A DNA stretch of 64,000 nt from a virus (IMGVR_UViG_2937884906_000001:15842-79841); one strand, 5' to 3'. Shown: positions 29,613 to 40,174, counted from the stretch's first letter. Notes: generated from the sequence alone by a model not told the origin. Made by a program: numbers and translations.

Positions 29613-30812
29613 TTAGTCGTCGGTGCTGTCGTAGTCGAAGATCGACCGGGTGTCGGAGAAGGCCAGCTTGTAGCCGGTGTTCTCGGACTTGGTGAACGTG
29701 ATCGACTGGTTGGTGATCGCGCGTTCGGTCTCCTCGATCTGCGAGCCGCCCTCGTTCAGCTCTTCCAGCGTGTCGCCGCGCGACATGCCCAGGAGCTGCT
29801 TGGCCGGAGCCGAGGACGACAGGGCGAAGTTGACCGTGCCACGCAGGATCGGCACGCCACCGATCTGGAAGCCCGAGGCCGCCAGGTTCTCTGCGTCGGT
29901 GCGGTTCGCATTCGACGTCGGGATGGCGAACAGCAGCAGCCAGTCGATGTAGGTGTCCCAGTTGCCGATGACGGTGTCGACCGGGATGCCAGCCTGAGCG
30001 CGAGCCACGAGCCAGCGGAGCAGCGCCTCGTAGTTCAGCTTCTTGTCGGCAGCGGTGGACACGAAGTCCTTCTGCTTAACGACAGGAGCGGCCGGGTTGA
30101 CGCCGTCGCCATTGATCAGGATGTGGGTCGCCGAACGAACCTTCGACAGCTCCTTCTCACGGTCCATACGGTTGACATAGGGCACCAGCGTCTCGATGCT
30201 GGCGCGACGATCGAACTCGTACGAGAAGCGGTAGCCGCCGCCGTGCTTGTAGAACTTGACGCTCTGTTCGGACAGACGGATCGTCTTGACCGGGAAGCGG
30301 CCGAGTTCGGCGACAGCCGACACGACCTGGTAATCGTCGGCCTTGTCGTCGACGACGGTCGAGATCAGCTCGACGCCGGACATCGTGCGGCTCGAACCCA
30401 CGATAGCAGCGGTCGTCTCCAGCGTGTCCTGGCGGAACTTCCAACGGACGACGTCGTCGACGACTTCCGGGAAGATGGCGCGGACGCCGGGGAACGTCTG
30501 GAACGTGTCCGACGCAGCTTCCAGCACGATGCCGCGCTCGAAGTCGTTCTGGATCGGCAGGTTCAGGTAGGCCAGCGAGGCCTCGTAGCCCGAGAGATAG
30601 CCGCGGTCGTCGCGGTAGCGCTTGTCGGCTTCCTCGGAACCGCGCACGTCGATCGCGAGGTTGAGGTAGTCGCGCATGCCGAGGCCAAAGGACTTGGCTT
30701 CCGACAGGATTTTCTGGCCGGCGCCCTTCGACGCCTGGGCGTCTTCGTGCTTCAGCGAGGCGAGAGCTTCCACACCCCGACGCTTGACCTGAGAGAGAGG
30801 CTTGAATTGCAT
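29613..30812 (-). CDS. Major capsid protein
   Basis: 399 aa, VAELGRFP and KHGGGYRFSYE HK97-fold-like segments, strong codon bias, downstream terminator. Confidence 0.8.
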   Translation of the reverse strand: MQFKPLSQVKRRGVEALASLKHEDAQASKGAGQKILSEAKSFGLGMRDYLNLAIDVRGSEEADKRYRDDRGYLSGYEASLAYLNLPIQNDFERGIVLEAASDTFQTFPGVRAIFPEVVDDVVRWKFRQDTLETTAAIVGSSRTMSGVELISTVVDDKADDYQVVSAVAELGRFPVKTIRLSEQSVKFYKHGGGYRFSYEFDRRASIETLVPYVNRMDREKELSKVRSATHILINGDGVNPAAPVVKQKDFVSTAADKKLNYEALLRWLVARAQAGIPVDTVIGNWDTYIDWLLLFAIPTSNANRTDAENLAASGFQIGGVPILRGTVNFALSSSAPAKQLLGMSRGDTLEELNEGGSQIEETERAITNQSITFTKSENTGYKLAFSDTRSIFDYDSTDD

Positions 30813-30844
30813 TGCAGTGTTTCCTCGTTTCGTTCGGGGTTTGA

Positions 30845-31261
30845 TTAGACCTTGACCACCACGGCGTAGCTGCCGATGACCTCAGCGACGAAGTTGATGC
30901 TGTGGTTCGGAGCGGACGCGCCGGCGTTCTTCAGCGCCTTGACTTCGCCGTTGCCGGCGCCGACGACGGTGTCGGCAACGGCGACGACCTCGCCCGCCTT
31001 GATCGGAAGCAGGTTGGCAAACTGAAGCTCGACGGCACCGATCAGCGAGCCTTCGACGGAGCGGTTTTCGATGGTCGAGAGGCGGCCGATAATGGTGTCG
31101 CCGTCACCGGCCAGCTTGACCTTGTTCGCGCCCGAGGCGTCGAGGGACACAGCCTTGCCGACGTCAGCGTCGACAATGCCGGTGGCGAGGTTGAAGGTGA
31201 GCGACGAGACTTCCCAGTGAAACCCGCGCAGCGTGACGTTCTGATGAGAATAAGTGGCCAT
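30845..31261 (-). CDS. Head decoration/cement protein
   Basis: DVGKAVSLD..NKVKLAGDGD, 138 aa, upstream of capsid. Confidence 0.7.
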   Translation of the reverse strand: MATYSHQNVTLRGFHWEVSSLTFNLATGIVDADVGKAVSLDASGANKVKLAGDGDTIIGRLSTIENRSVEGSLIGAVELQFANLLPIKAGEVVAVADTVVGAGNGEVKALKNAGASAPNHSINFVAEVIGSYAVVVKV

Positions 31262-31293
31262 TGGTTCGTTTTCCTGTTGGCTTGCGGTTGCGA

Positions 31294-32436
31294 TTAGCGG
31301 CGGGTGCGGAACGACGTGACCACAGGGGATCCCGAGGCTCCGAGGTCACCCTCGGCGCCCTTGGCGCGACCACCGGCGGTCAGATTGATCTTGGTCTCGT
31401 TGATCTTGGCGACGACGTCTTCGATCTTCGCCGGGACCTCGGCGTCGACCTGGCCAGCCGCCGTCAGGACCTTTTTGCAGATCTCGCGGAGAGCCGCGTC
31501 GGCCGCCGTCAGGCTTGCCTCGGTGGCCGTGTGCTTGGTCTTCAGCTCGTCGAGCTCCGTCTGGATCGCAGGCGCTCCCTGCTTGGCGGTGTCGAGAGCA
31601 GCCTTGAGCGTGTCGCGCTCCGAGGTGAGTGCCGTGTTCGTGGCCTTCAGCTGTTCGTTTTCGATGGCTACCTTCATGCTCTCCTTCTCGGTGGAGCGCA
31701 GTTCGGCGAGGAGTTCCTTGACGTCCATGATGGGCTTTTCCCTGATGGTTGCAGTTGCGGTGAGTGCGAGACGATCGAGAGAGGTCTTCGCGGCCAGCGC
31801 CTTCATGTGAGGCGAGAACCGGCTTTGATCGCTGTTCACGATGCGCGCGTTTTGGGCGCCGCCTTGTCCGACGAGCGAGATCTCGAAGAACGCTTCGAGC
31901 CCAACCATCTTGCAGTAGACGCCGTTCTCACCGACCGTGTGCCCGTCAGGCGTGGTGCCGGTGAAGATGTTTTCGAAGCTGGCATCGGGGCCGAAGAAAT
32001 CGAAGCCGTCTGCCGAGCAGATCATCTGCTTGGGCAGGATGCCGACTGAGACCTGGTCCACGGTGCCGTTGTCGACTTGTTTGATTTTATCCTGATGGGT
32101 TTTGTCGATCCACAAAAGGACGCGCAGCTCGGTGTCCTGGCCGTCGAATACCTGGCCGCGGAAGACGCGGCCAATCGGAAGGTCTGACCCTTCGTGCATG
32201 ATCTGGACAGGCCGGCTCTCGGTCTCGAGCGCCAGGGCCATTTCCAGGAGAATTGATCGCTGCGCGACTGCGCCGTTGTAGATCGGGCTGCGCTTGCGCA
32301 AAGGGCGGTTATTCAGAGCAATCGCCTCAAAAATCGCGACTTCATCAACCTCCGCGCCGGCCTCTTTGAGGCGCGCGATGATCTCCGGTGTTTTCGCAAT
32401 TTGTTTCACGACATACCCTGCGTTGCTGGGTGGCAT
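31294..32436 (-). CDS. Prohead protease/scaffold fusion
   Basis: HEGSDLPIGR, VSVG and EISLVGQG protease-like motifs, then coiled coil. Confidence 0.7.
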   Translation of the reverse strand: MPPSNAGYVVKQIAKTPEIIARLKEAGAEVDEVAIFEAIALNNRPLRKRSPIYNGAVAQRSILLEMALALETESRPVQIMHEGSDLPIGRVFRGQVFDGQDTELRVLLWIDKTHQDKIKQVDNGTVDQVSVGILPKQMICSADGFDFFGPDASFENIFTGTTPDGHTVGENGVYCKMVGLEAFFEISLVGQGGAQNARIVNSDQSRFSPHMKALAAKTSLDRLALTATATIREKPIMDVKELLAELRSTEKESMKVAIENEQLKATNTALTSERDTLKAALDTAKQGAPAIQTELDELKTKHTATEASLTAADAALREICKKVLTAAGQVDAEVPAKIEDVVAKINETKINLTAGGRAKGAEGDLGASGSPVVTSFRTRR

Positions 32437-32493
32437 GTCGTGATTTGTTAGTCAGGTCGCAAACTTCGAGTGCAGCACATTGCTGCACATTGA

Positions 32494-33939
32494 CTAGTTG
32501 CTTCGCGCCGCTTTGCTGCCCTCGGGTGAGAGCGACCGGCCGAGCGGGTCGGAGTTCGGGCTGACCTCTTCGGCCTTGGTCTTGACGGGTGTCATGAAGC
32601 CGGTGCCAGCCATCTCCGGCGCGCTGTCGGGGCGGAGCCGGCCATACATCCACAGGTGATATTCATCGTCGGTGATGAGGCCGTCCGACAGGTCCTGACG
32701 GAGCCGGCTGGCCTTGAGGGTCAACTGCGGCTCGAGTTCGGTATCTGGGCGCAGCTCGGCCTTGCGGAACAGGACTTCGACGAAGCCCTGGAAACCCTGC
32801 TGGTGCAGGATGAAGGAGAAGGCATTCTGCAGGAGCTCGGCGACGGGTTCGTTGAGCTCGTCGGCGTTCATGGCGGCGATGCGCGCTTCGACCGAACCTG
32901 TGTTGACGCCGGAGGCGCCGCGGCCGATCACGGTCGCCATGGTCTTCAGCGCAGCCTGGTTCTGGGCATTGAGCGTCTCGATCACAGCCGTGATGTCAAC
33001 ACCGGCGCCAGGCTTGGCGTCATTCATGATGGATGGCTGCACGCTGTCGAAGTGGATCAGCGGTTGGTCGGAGCGCAGACCTTCGATCACGGCTCGGATC
33101 TCGCCCAGGCGGTTCGCCTTCCACTCCCGGAGCTTGACGTCATCGGACTTGATGTTTTCGGGCGCGTTCTTGGTCAGAACCTCCTCGACCACCTCGACCT
33201 GCATGCGCGGGAAGCCCGTCAGGCGCATGATGCGGTAAAGGTCGTTGATTACCTGCTGGCGGGCGGCGATCGTGTTGATGGACGACACGAAGGTCGAATG
33301 CCCATAGATCGAGGTCGGATCCTTGCGGTAGTGCGACACGAAGAAGGTTGGGATGTCGAGATTGATCTCGTCGTTGGAACCCGAGATCTTCTGGATCGGC
33401 TTGTACTCGCCAGGCTTCTTTTCGTACCACTGGACCGTCGACAGGTCGACGTTGCGGATGCGATCGGGAAGCAGCTGCTTATCGACGATCAGCTCGGCGG
33501 CGATGCCACCGCGGAGCAGGCACATGTAGCGCAGCTCCTCGGCGATCGAGCGCATGGATTTCTTCAGCTGGAAGCCCAGCGTGTAATCGGTCGGTCGGCC
33601 GATCTTCTCGATGGCCAGCATCAGGCTCTTGGTGGCGTCCCGGTCGATGTTCTGCTCCAGGTCGCGCGCAAGCACGATCCAGTCGGTGTTCGCCATCGTC
33701 AGGTATGCGTTGAGCGCCGCCGAGACGTCGGGATCGAACTTGAACAGGGATTGGAGAAGGGTTCGGCTGTCGTCCGATTGCCGCGTTGTGAAAAGATCCG
33801 TGAGGTGGTCCCGGTATTGCGGAACCGTGAGGACGCGATCCACCTGCTGTGGATTGTAGGTAGGCGTGGAGGCGGTGCCGCCAACCTTGGCTTTCTTCTT
33901 CGCAGGGATGATTGCGCTGAGAAAATCGAAAGCCGCCAC
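32494..33939 (-). CDS. Portal protein
   Basis: 481 aa directly after terminase; GTG start. Confidence 0.75.
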   Translation of the reverse strand: MAAFDFLSAIIPAKKKAKVGGTASTPTYNPQQVDRVLTVPQYRDHLTDLFTTRQSDDSRTLLQSLFKFDPDVSAALNAYLTMANTDWIVLARDLEQNIDRDATKSLMLAIEKIGRPTDYTLGFQLKKSMRSIAEELRYMCLLRGGIAAELIVDKQLLPDRIRNVDLSTVQWYEKKPGEYKPIQKISGSNDEINLDIPTFFVSHYRKDPTSIYGHSTFVSSINTIAARQQVINDLYRIMRLTGFPRMQVEVVEEVLTKNAPENIKSDDVKLREWKANRLGEIRAVIEGLRSDQPLIHFDSVQPSIMNDAKPGAGVDITAVIETLNAQNQAALKTMATVIGRGASGVNTGSVEARIAAMNADELNEPVAELLQNAFSFILHQQGFQGFVEVLFRKAELRPDTELEPQLTLKASRLRQDLSDGLITDDEYHLWMYGRLRPDSAPEMAGTGFMTPVKTKAEEVSPNSDPLGRSLSPEGSKAARSN

Positions 33940-33948
33940 AGTATGTCC

Positions 33949-35691
33949 TTATGAAAGTCCAAGGACAGATGGGGTCTTGAGGCGACTTCTGTAATTCAGT
34001 CCTGCATCACTCTGCTGCACCGCTTGAACGAGGCCCAGGATCATCGACATTTGGCGCTCTTCCTGCTCGTCCTGGCTGGCGATGTAGTCATGGACCCGCA
34101 GCGAATGCAGAAGATAGCCAAGCGCGTGGAAGAAGTGGTCATCGCCGGTGAGCTTGACCCATTTGGCCGGTTGTTCCGGCAACTCGACGCGCACCATGTC
34201 CTGAAGGTGTGTCTGGATGATCAGCTTCTTGTTGCCGTAGCCGGCGAAGACGATCTTCTGGCCGCGGATCATACCGACCGTCTTGTCGATGATCCCGGTG
34301 CGGTTGGACGAGACGTGGGTGATGTTGTCCATCTCGTCCTTGATCAAGGTCACCGGGGCGGCCTTGAGGCTCGTCGAGTATTCGATGGGTATGATGATGC
34401 CCTTGGACTCATCCCTGATCTCGCGGGCGAGCGGTGCGTAGGGGTTAAGGTCCATGCCCCCGGCGACGACGCGATATTGCTGACGGATGTCGGCCAGTGT
34501 CTCCTTCAGGTCGTCTGAGGGAACCTGCAGCCATTTAAAAACAACCGGTACCGATAGTCCCAGATGAGCCACGACAACATGACAGGTCTGACCAACGTCC
34601 ACACCCACAGCCACTGGAGATCCCAAGGGTACATCTATGGCTCCTTCGCCTTTCATGACGGCCTCGATCTCCGGGATGGAGAGGCGGGCATTCGCGTCGT
34701 TGTAGGGTTCCCCGAGCACGGTGTTGTACCAACGCCGGATCGAGTTCTTCCGCTTGTAGTCGAGCAGCTGCTCGACGATGTATTGGACGGACAGACGGGG
34801 CGTAGCGAAGGGTCGGACCCAGTATCCGCGGCCGAGCCGGCCGGGGTGGCGGGGCACCCACTCACGCTTATCGGGGTCGCCCAGTTCCAGGCGCCGGCCG
34901 CAGTGCTCGCACATCATGAAGGCGTTCGAGAAATCGAACTTGGCCGCCATGTCATTGTCGATTTCGGAGAGATCGTTGAGATCCGACGACAGGCCGGGGA
35001 TGTGGACGAAACGTGGGCTGAAGACCGGCAGGTTCCAGTGGCCGCAGCCGCACCGGCAGAGGAACTCATGCTGGTCGGACGCCTTGTAGGAGGAGTCGAT
35101 GCCGTAGCCCTCGAACGTTGGGGTCGAGAAACCCTGACGCATCTTGATGTCGGAGCCCTGTAGGCGCGAGCCGTAGAGCGCCAGGATCTCCTGGTCTGTC
35201 AGGTCGACCTCGTCGTTGAACATGATGTCGGCGTTGATGGAGGTCGCGTCACCTTCCTTGCCGCCCGTGATGAAGCCGAAGCTGTCATCGATCTGGTACA
35301 GGTCCATCGAGCGCGCTGGTTTCTTCGAAGAGTCTTGCTGATTAAAGACCAGCTCGTCGTCGACCAGAGGCTTGATGCGTGTTTTTGACACGCGCTTGTA
35401 CATTTCGTCGTTCGGCAGGCTGAAGATGCCGTTGATGCCGTTCGTTCGCTTGAGAAACGACAGAAATTTGCGGATCTGGACCTCTGTCAGGCCCACCTGC
35501 GAGCACTTGATCACCGACAGATTGAGGTGCATATCGTCCACGATCTGGCGCTGGAACTCGTATCCCTTGAACGAAAATGGCTTCTTTCGGAGGCTCGTGT
35601 TCGCGCAGATGAACTCCGACATGGACATTTCTGCCCCGTCTTCGGGGAATTTTTGTTGAAGGCGGGTTAGAAAATCCGCGTAAAGGCTCAT
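33949..35691 (-). CDS. terL: Terminase large subunit (GpA-like)
   Basis: KCSQVGLTE Walker A-type, FNDEVD Walker B, STPT, zinc-binding Cys, RNase H-like GVDVG. Confidence 0.9.
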   Translation of the reverse strand: MSLYADFLTRLQQKFPEDGAEMSMSEFICANTSLRKKPFSFKGYEFQRQIVDDMHLNLSVIKCSQVGLTEVQIRKFLSFLKRTNGINGIFSLPNDEMYKRVSKTRIKPLVDDELVFNQQDSSKKPARSMDLYQIDDSFGFITGGKEGDATSINADIMFNDEVDLTDQEILALYGSRLQGSDIKMRQGFSTPTFEGYGIDSSYKASDQHEFLCRCGCGHWNLPVFSPRFVHIPGLSSDLNDLSEIDNDMAAKFDFSNAFMMCEHCGRRLELGDPDKREWVPRHPGRLGRGYWVRPFATPRLSVQYIVEQLLDYKRKNSIRRWYNTVLGEPYNDANARLSIPEIEAVMKGEGAIDVPLGSPVAVGVDVGQTCHVVVAHLGLSVPVVFKWLQVPSDDLKETLADIRQQYRVVAGGMDLNPYAPLAREIRDESKGIIIPIEYSTSLKAAPVTLIKDEMDNITHVSSNRTGIIDKTVGMIRGQKIVFAGYGNKKLIIQTHLQDMVRVELPEQPAKWVKLTGDDHFFHALGYLLHSLRVHDYIASQDEQEERQMSMILGLVQAVQQSDAGLNYRSRLKTPSVLGLS

Positions 35692-35802
35692 GCGCCTTAT
35701 ATCGGGCTGTTGTTTGCGGAAATCTTCATTCTTGTCCTAGAGTAGTGCGGTCGATGTTCAAAAAATCGACCCCACATGAGATACCCCAAACCGGAGTACC
35801 TC

Positions 35803-36261
35803 ATGTCCAACTTCTACCCGACCCTGCCGGAGGCGACTGTCCTCCAGTTCAGGGTGGCGCTGAACCAGTTGCGCGAAAAGCCCGACTATCTGGATCAGTC
35901 GCCCTATTCGACCGAAATTCGTGACTTCCTGAAGGAGCTCAATGGCCGCGGTGGTGCGGCCGAAGCTGTCACCTTCGACGGCGAAGCAGACCGGCTTGAT
36001 TACGTCGAGCAGGAGATCACCACCGTCCTGGCCGATCTCAAGACGCTCGTCGCCAGCCTCGGGAACGCCGACCATTCCGAGAAGCTGCAGGTGGCCAAGG
36101 CCCGCGCCGGCCTCATCGAGAAGCTGGTCGCGGCCCGCGAGAAGGTCTGGACCATGAAGGAAATGGCCGATTTCCAGGCCAAGATCGTCGGTTTTCTCGA
36201 CGAAATCTGCACGCCGGATCAGATCCAGGCGCTGAAAGAGCGCGTGAAAGGGGCCGAATGA
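35803..36261 (+). CDS. Helical hypothetical protein, candidate terminase small subunit
   Basis: GGAG SD, adjacent to but divergent from terL, ATGA-coupled to primase. Confidence 0.45.
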   Translation: MSNFYPTLPEATVLQFRVALNQLREKPDYLDQSPYSTEIRDFLKELNGRGGAAEAVTFDGEADRLDYVEQEITTVLADLKTLVASLGNADHSEKLQVAKARAGLIEKLVAAREKVWTMKEMADFQAKIVGFLDEICTPDQIQALKERVKGAE

Positions 36262-38702
36262 TGGGTATTTTTGCCTCCGAAGCGCCGAAATACTGGGCTC
36301 TCGGCAAGCCCGCGATCCCGCTGCGGATCGGTTTCAAGAACCCGTGGATCGATGCGTGGCAGGTTTTCGCCGATCGCATGCCCACCGAACGCGAGCAGCA
36401 CATCTGGTTGCAGCAAAAGGGCAACGGCAACATCGGCATGCCGATGGGCGCCGCCTCTGGCATCGTCGCGATCGACGTCGACAGCGATGATCCGCGCGTC
36501 CAGCGCATCATCGAACAGCTCCTCCCGAAGTCGCCCTGGCGCCGTGTCGGTCGCAAGGGTGCCGTCTACGCTTACCGGTTCGAGGGCGAGCGCACTTTCC
36601 GCATCAAGGACTCGAAAGGTGAAATGCTGCTGGAATGCCTGTCCAAAGGCACCCAGATCGTGCTCCCGCCGTCAATCCACCCGGACACGGGCAAGGCCTA
36701 CGCGGCCAACTGCGAGCTGACCGAGGTCATCGGTGCCCTCCCGGCCCTCCCGAAGGGTGTCGAGGGCATGCTGCGCGAGGCTCTGAAGGTCGAGGGCTTC
36801 GAGCTTTCGAGCTCGGGTAACACCAAAATCACTTCTTTCGTGCCGGCTGGTGCGCGTGACAACGCTCTGGTCTACAATGCCGGCCTGCTCGCTCGAGCAG
36901 TTACGAGGGGTGAACGCACACTGGTTGAAGCCATGGGCGAGATGAAGGCCTGGGTCGAGGGCTACACCGAGAAGGTGGCCGGCGATGAGGTCGACATCGG
37001 CAAGGCGCAGACCAAGGTCGTCGACTTCCTCATGCGCGACGTCACCGGCGAGAAGCGCAAGGCCCTCCCCCTCGGCTGGGACGACGGCCTGACCGAGGAT
37101 GATAAGACCAAGCTCGGCCTCTCTATCACCGACGAGAATGAGCGCTGGGACGCTGAAAGGATCACGGCCCACCTGGTCTCCGAGTTCGAGCGTCATGTCA
37201 CGCCGGACACAGCCGGCTGGACGCGCGCCGTGGAAGTCGTGCTCGATCGCATGGCGCGCAATCCCGACATCAGCTCGCTCGATGAAGAGCGCATTCTGAA
37301 GTTCATCGTCTCGGCGTCGAGAGGTGCCTTCTCGCTCACCACACTGCGCGGCGAGCTCAAGAAGCTGCGCATGGGCGAGATCTCCGGCACCGACCACACC
37401 GAGGTCGCCCTGGCGGCGATCAAGGACATGGAGGAGTTCGGCAAGCTGAAGTTCCACCAGGGCCAGTTCTGGCAGTGGAAGGGCGCGTCCTGGGAGACGG
37501 TCGACCAGAACGAGTTCATCAAACACCTGTCCCAGGAATACGGCAAGCTGCCGGTCTGCAAGCGGTACTCCGACCTGGCGCAGATCGTGAAGCTGATGGG
37601 CAGCAAGCTGACGGCCGAGCTCAAGTCGGTCCAGCTGACCGGCGTGAACTTCGCCAACGGCTTCCTGACCGAGGAGCTGGATCTGCGCAAGCACTCACCA
37701 GAGTTCGGCTGCACCTACGTGCTGCCCTATCGGTACCAGCAGGACAGCCGCTGCCCGCTTTTTCTTCAGATGCTGGACGATTGCTGGGGAGAAGATCCTG
37801 ACTACGGCGACAAGGTGATGGCGCTGCAGGAGGCACTTGCGGTAACGCTCATGGGTATTGCACCGCAATATCAGCGAGCGTTCTGTCTGATCGGCCAAGC
37901 ACACAGCGGCAAGTCACGTATCCTGGAGATCCTCCGGGGCCTGATCCCGCAGGGCAGCTTCTCCGCTATCCCGCCGACCGATTGGCATGACAAGTTCCTG
38001 CCGGCCCAGATGGCCGACAAGCTGGTCAACTTCGCCGGTGAGATCTCCGAGAAGCGTGACATCGACGGCGAAATCTTCAAGCAGATCGTGTGCGGCGAAA
38101 ACATCACGGCTCAGCACAAGAACCAGTCGCCGTTCGGCTTCAACGCGCGGGCCGCCCAGTGGTTCGCCTCGAACCACACGCCCAAGACCAAGGACACGTC
38201 GGACGGCTTCAACCGTCGCTGGCTCTTCATCAAGTTTCCGCGGCGTATCCCGGACGAGAAGAAGATCATCGACATCGACCAGATCATCCTGGCGGCCGAG
38301 CGCGAGCAGATCGTCGCCTGGGCGCTCCAGGGGCTCTCGCGACTGAAGCAGAACAAGGACTACACCATCCCCTCAAGCCATAGGGTGGTGATCGACGACA
38401 TGGCTAACCAGAACAATTCGGTGCGATATTTTTTGTCACAGAGCCCTCGTCTCAGAGTGGGGAAGCGCGAGCACGAGGGCATGAATTCTTCCAAGACCCG
38501 CACTATGGGGGATCTCCTTTTCGACGAATACTGGGTTTTCTGCGCTCAGGCGGGGGGTGTCCAGCGTGTGCCACGTCAGAGATTTCACGGATTGATGGAG
38601 GAGCTGGCGCCCGCCTTCAGGTTCGAGCAGCTGAGAGAGATCCGGAATGGGGGCACCGACATCGTCTACAACTACGTCACCTTTGCGGGGACGATGAAGT
38701 AA
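36258..38702 (+). CDS. Bifunctional primase-polymerase fused to D5/P4-type SF3 helicase
   Basis: GNIGMP..IVAIDVD, QIVLPPSIH, GARDNAL, Walker A GQAHSGKS, ASNH. Confidence 0.9.
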   Translation: MMGIFASEAPKYWALGKPAIPLRIGFKNPWIDAWQVFADRMPTEREQHIWLQQKGNGNIGMPMGAASGIVAIDVDSDDPRVQRIIEQLLPKSPWRRVGRKGAVYAYRFEGERTFRIKDSKGEMLLECLSKGTQIVLPPSIHPDTGKAYAANCELTEVIGALPALPKGVEGMLREALKVEGFELSSSGNTKITSFVPAGARDNALVYNAGLLARAVTRGERTLVEAMGEMKAWVEGYTEKVAGDEVDIGKAQTKVVDFLMRDVTGEKRKALPLGWDDGLTEDDKTKLGLSITDENERWDAERITAHLVSEFERHVTPDTAGWTRAVEVVLDRMARNPDISSLDEERILKFIVSASRGAFSLTTLRGELKKLRMGEISGTDHTEVALAAIKDMEEFGKLKFHQGQFWQWKGASWETVDQNEFIKHLSQEYGKLPVCKRYSDLAQIVKLMGSKLTAELKSVQLTGVNFANGFLTEELDLRKHSPEFGCTYVLPYRYQQDSRCPLFLQMLDDCWGEDPDYGDKVMALQEALAVTLMGIAPQYQRAFCLIGQAHSGKSRILEILRGLIPQGSFSAIPPTDWHDKFLPAQMADKLVNFAGEISEKRDIDGEIFKQIVCGENITAQHKNQSPFGFNARAAQWFASNHTPKTKDTSDGFNRRWLFIKFPRRIPDEKKIIDIDQIILAAEREQIVAWALQGLSRLKQNKDYTIPSSHRVVIDDMANQNNSVRYFLSQSPRLRVGKREHEGMNSSKTRTMGDLLFDEYWVFCAQAGGVQRVPRQRFHGLMEELAPAFRFEQLREIRNGGTDIVYNYVTFAGTMK

Positions 38703-38750
38703 TCACCGTCGATGCTGATGAGTGGTGGGAATACGAGAAGTGGATCAGTT

Positions 38751-38987
38751 ATGAGCCAGAATGAAGACCTCGACCTGCTGCTCGACGCCGTGTCCGACCA
38801 CCTGGACATCGCGTTCCAGGCTGGTTGCTCAGTGCCGGAGATCGTCAGTTGCCTGGAGCAGGCGGTCGCTCTGTTCCTGCTCGACAAGATGTCGGTGGAG
38901 GAGGCGCTGGGGGTGGTGCGGACCTCCTGCGCTGACATGATGGCTCGGATCCCCAGGATCGCCGGAGATCCGGACGCAAAACACTAA
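38751..38987 (+). CDS. Small hypothetical protein
   Basis: ORF with phage-like codon use. Confidence 0.5.
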   Translation: MSQNEDLDLLLDAVSDHLDIAFQAGCSVPEIVSCLEQAVALFLLDKMSVEEALGVVRTSCADMMARIPRIAGDPDAKH

Positions 38988-39063
38988 AAATCACTCTTCC
39001 TATAGTATCGCGTTTGACCATCTCCCGGTTTGGGATTAGGGATTTGGTCAAGAGACGCGGAAG

Positions 39064-39092
39064 AAAGGGCGCTCTTCGGGGCGCCCTTTTTC
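39064..39092 (+). terminator. Intrinsic terminator (probably bidirectional)
   Basis: AAAGGGCGCTC-TTCG-GGGCGCCCTTTTT. Confidence 0.85.
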
Positions 39093-39427
39093 GTTCTTGC
39101 TAAGTATTAGAGTGCTATTACTTGGTTTTCCAAAAATTTTTGTAGAGTATGTGTGGGTCCATTCCCGGCGTCGAGGCAGGAAAAGCCTAGGAAAATGGTG
39201 TACTCCTTCTCTTGTTCCTGCGAACTGGTGGGTTATTCTTAGTTATCGGCAATGAGTTGTTGCTGGTGGCGGGGCTCCCCCGCGAGGTCTCCCTCGGGAG
39301 GCAAGGGCGGAGCCATGTCTGAACCGGAAGTTGCTCAATCGAGCAGCGCCAAGCCCCGAAGGGGGCGAGGACGGGGAAGGTGCGCCTGATCCACAACCTG
39401 CTCAATTGAGCAAAACGGAGAGTGAAA

Positions 39428-40060
39428 ATGGCTACGGGTTACACGCTGGCGGGCGTCGCTGGACGCATCCGCGATCTCGAGAACAAGACAAATGGCGCTT
39501 ACTACGTGGGCGTTTGCTGGCTGGCGATGTGCCGCGATAGCGGCAAGGGTGCGAAAAAGCGCCTCGCCGACAAGGTGTTCGGCGTCGACAAGGGCGCGAA
39601 GGAAACCAGCACGTTCCGCAATGCATGGCGGATTGCCGAAAAGGCCTTTTCGGAAGGCTTCCCGGCGGCGCACCGCAAGGCGGTTGTGGAGCTGGCGCTG
39701 GATGAGGCGATTGACTTCGCAGTCAAGGCGCTGGAGGCGCACAAGACCGCGCTCAAGGTCACGAACATGAAGGATTACGAGGACGTATGCAAATACGCCT
39801 CTGTCGAGACCATGCCGCCCAAGGCGGAGGCCGAACCGGACCCTGAAGCGGAGGCGAAGGCCAAAGCGGAGGCGGAGGAACAGGCCGAAGCGGAGGCGAA
39901 GGCCAAACGTGAGGCCGAACTCAACCCGGTCGACCCGCTGATCGGTCTGCGACATGCCGCCAGCGAGTTGACGCTGGAACAGGCGATCGAATTCGCCGGA
40001 TGGCTGAACGAGCACATCCAGCGGGCGATGCAGCCCACGGAAGAGAGGAAGGCGGCCTAA
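39428..40060 (+). CDS. First early-region hypothetical protein with AEAEAKAK low-complexity linker
   Basis: GGAG SD, 210 aa, typical codon use. Confidence 0.7.
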   Translation: MATGYTLAGVAGRIRDLENKTNGAYYVGVCWLAMCRDSGKGAKKRLADKVFGVDKGAKETSTFRNAWRIAEKAFSEGFPAAHRKAVVELALDEAIDFAVKALEAHKTALKVTNMKDYEDVCKYASVETMPPKAEAEPDPEAEAKAKAEAEEQAEAEAKAKREAELNPVDPLIGLRHAASELTLEQAIEFAGWLNEHIQRAMQPTEERKAA

Positions 40061-40174
40061 GCCGCCCTCCCCGGGCCGCCCCCACGGGCGGCCCACCCCC
40101 TCCTGCGTCCGCGCATAGGGTGCGCGTGGACGCTCATTTAGCGCACCCGCTACAGCCCAAAAATCGCAAGGAGA

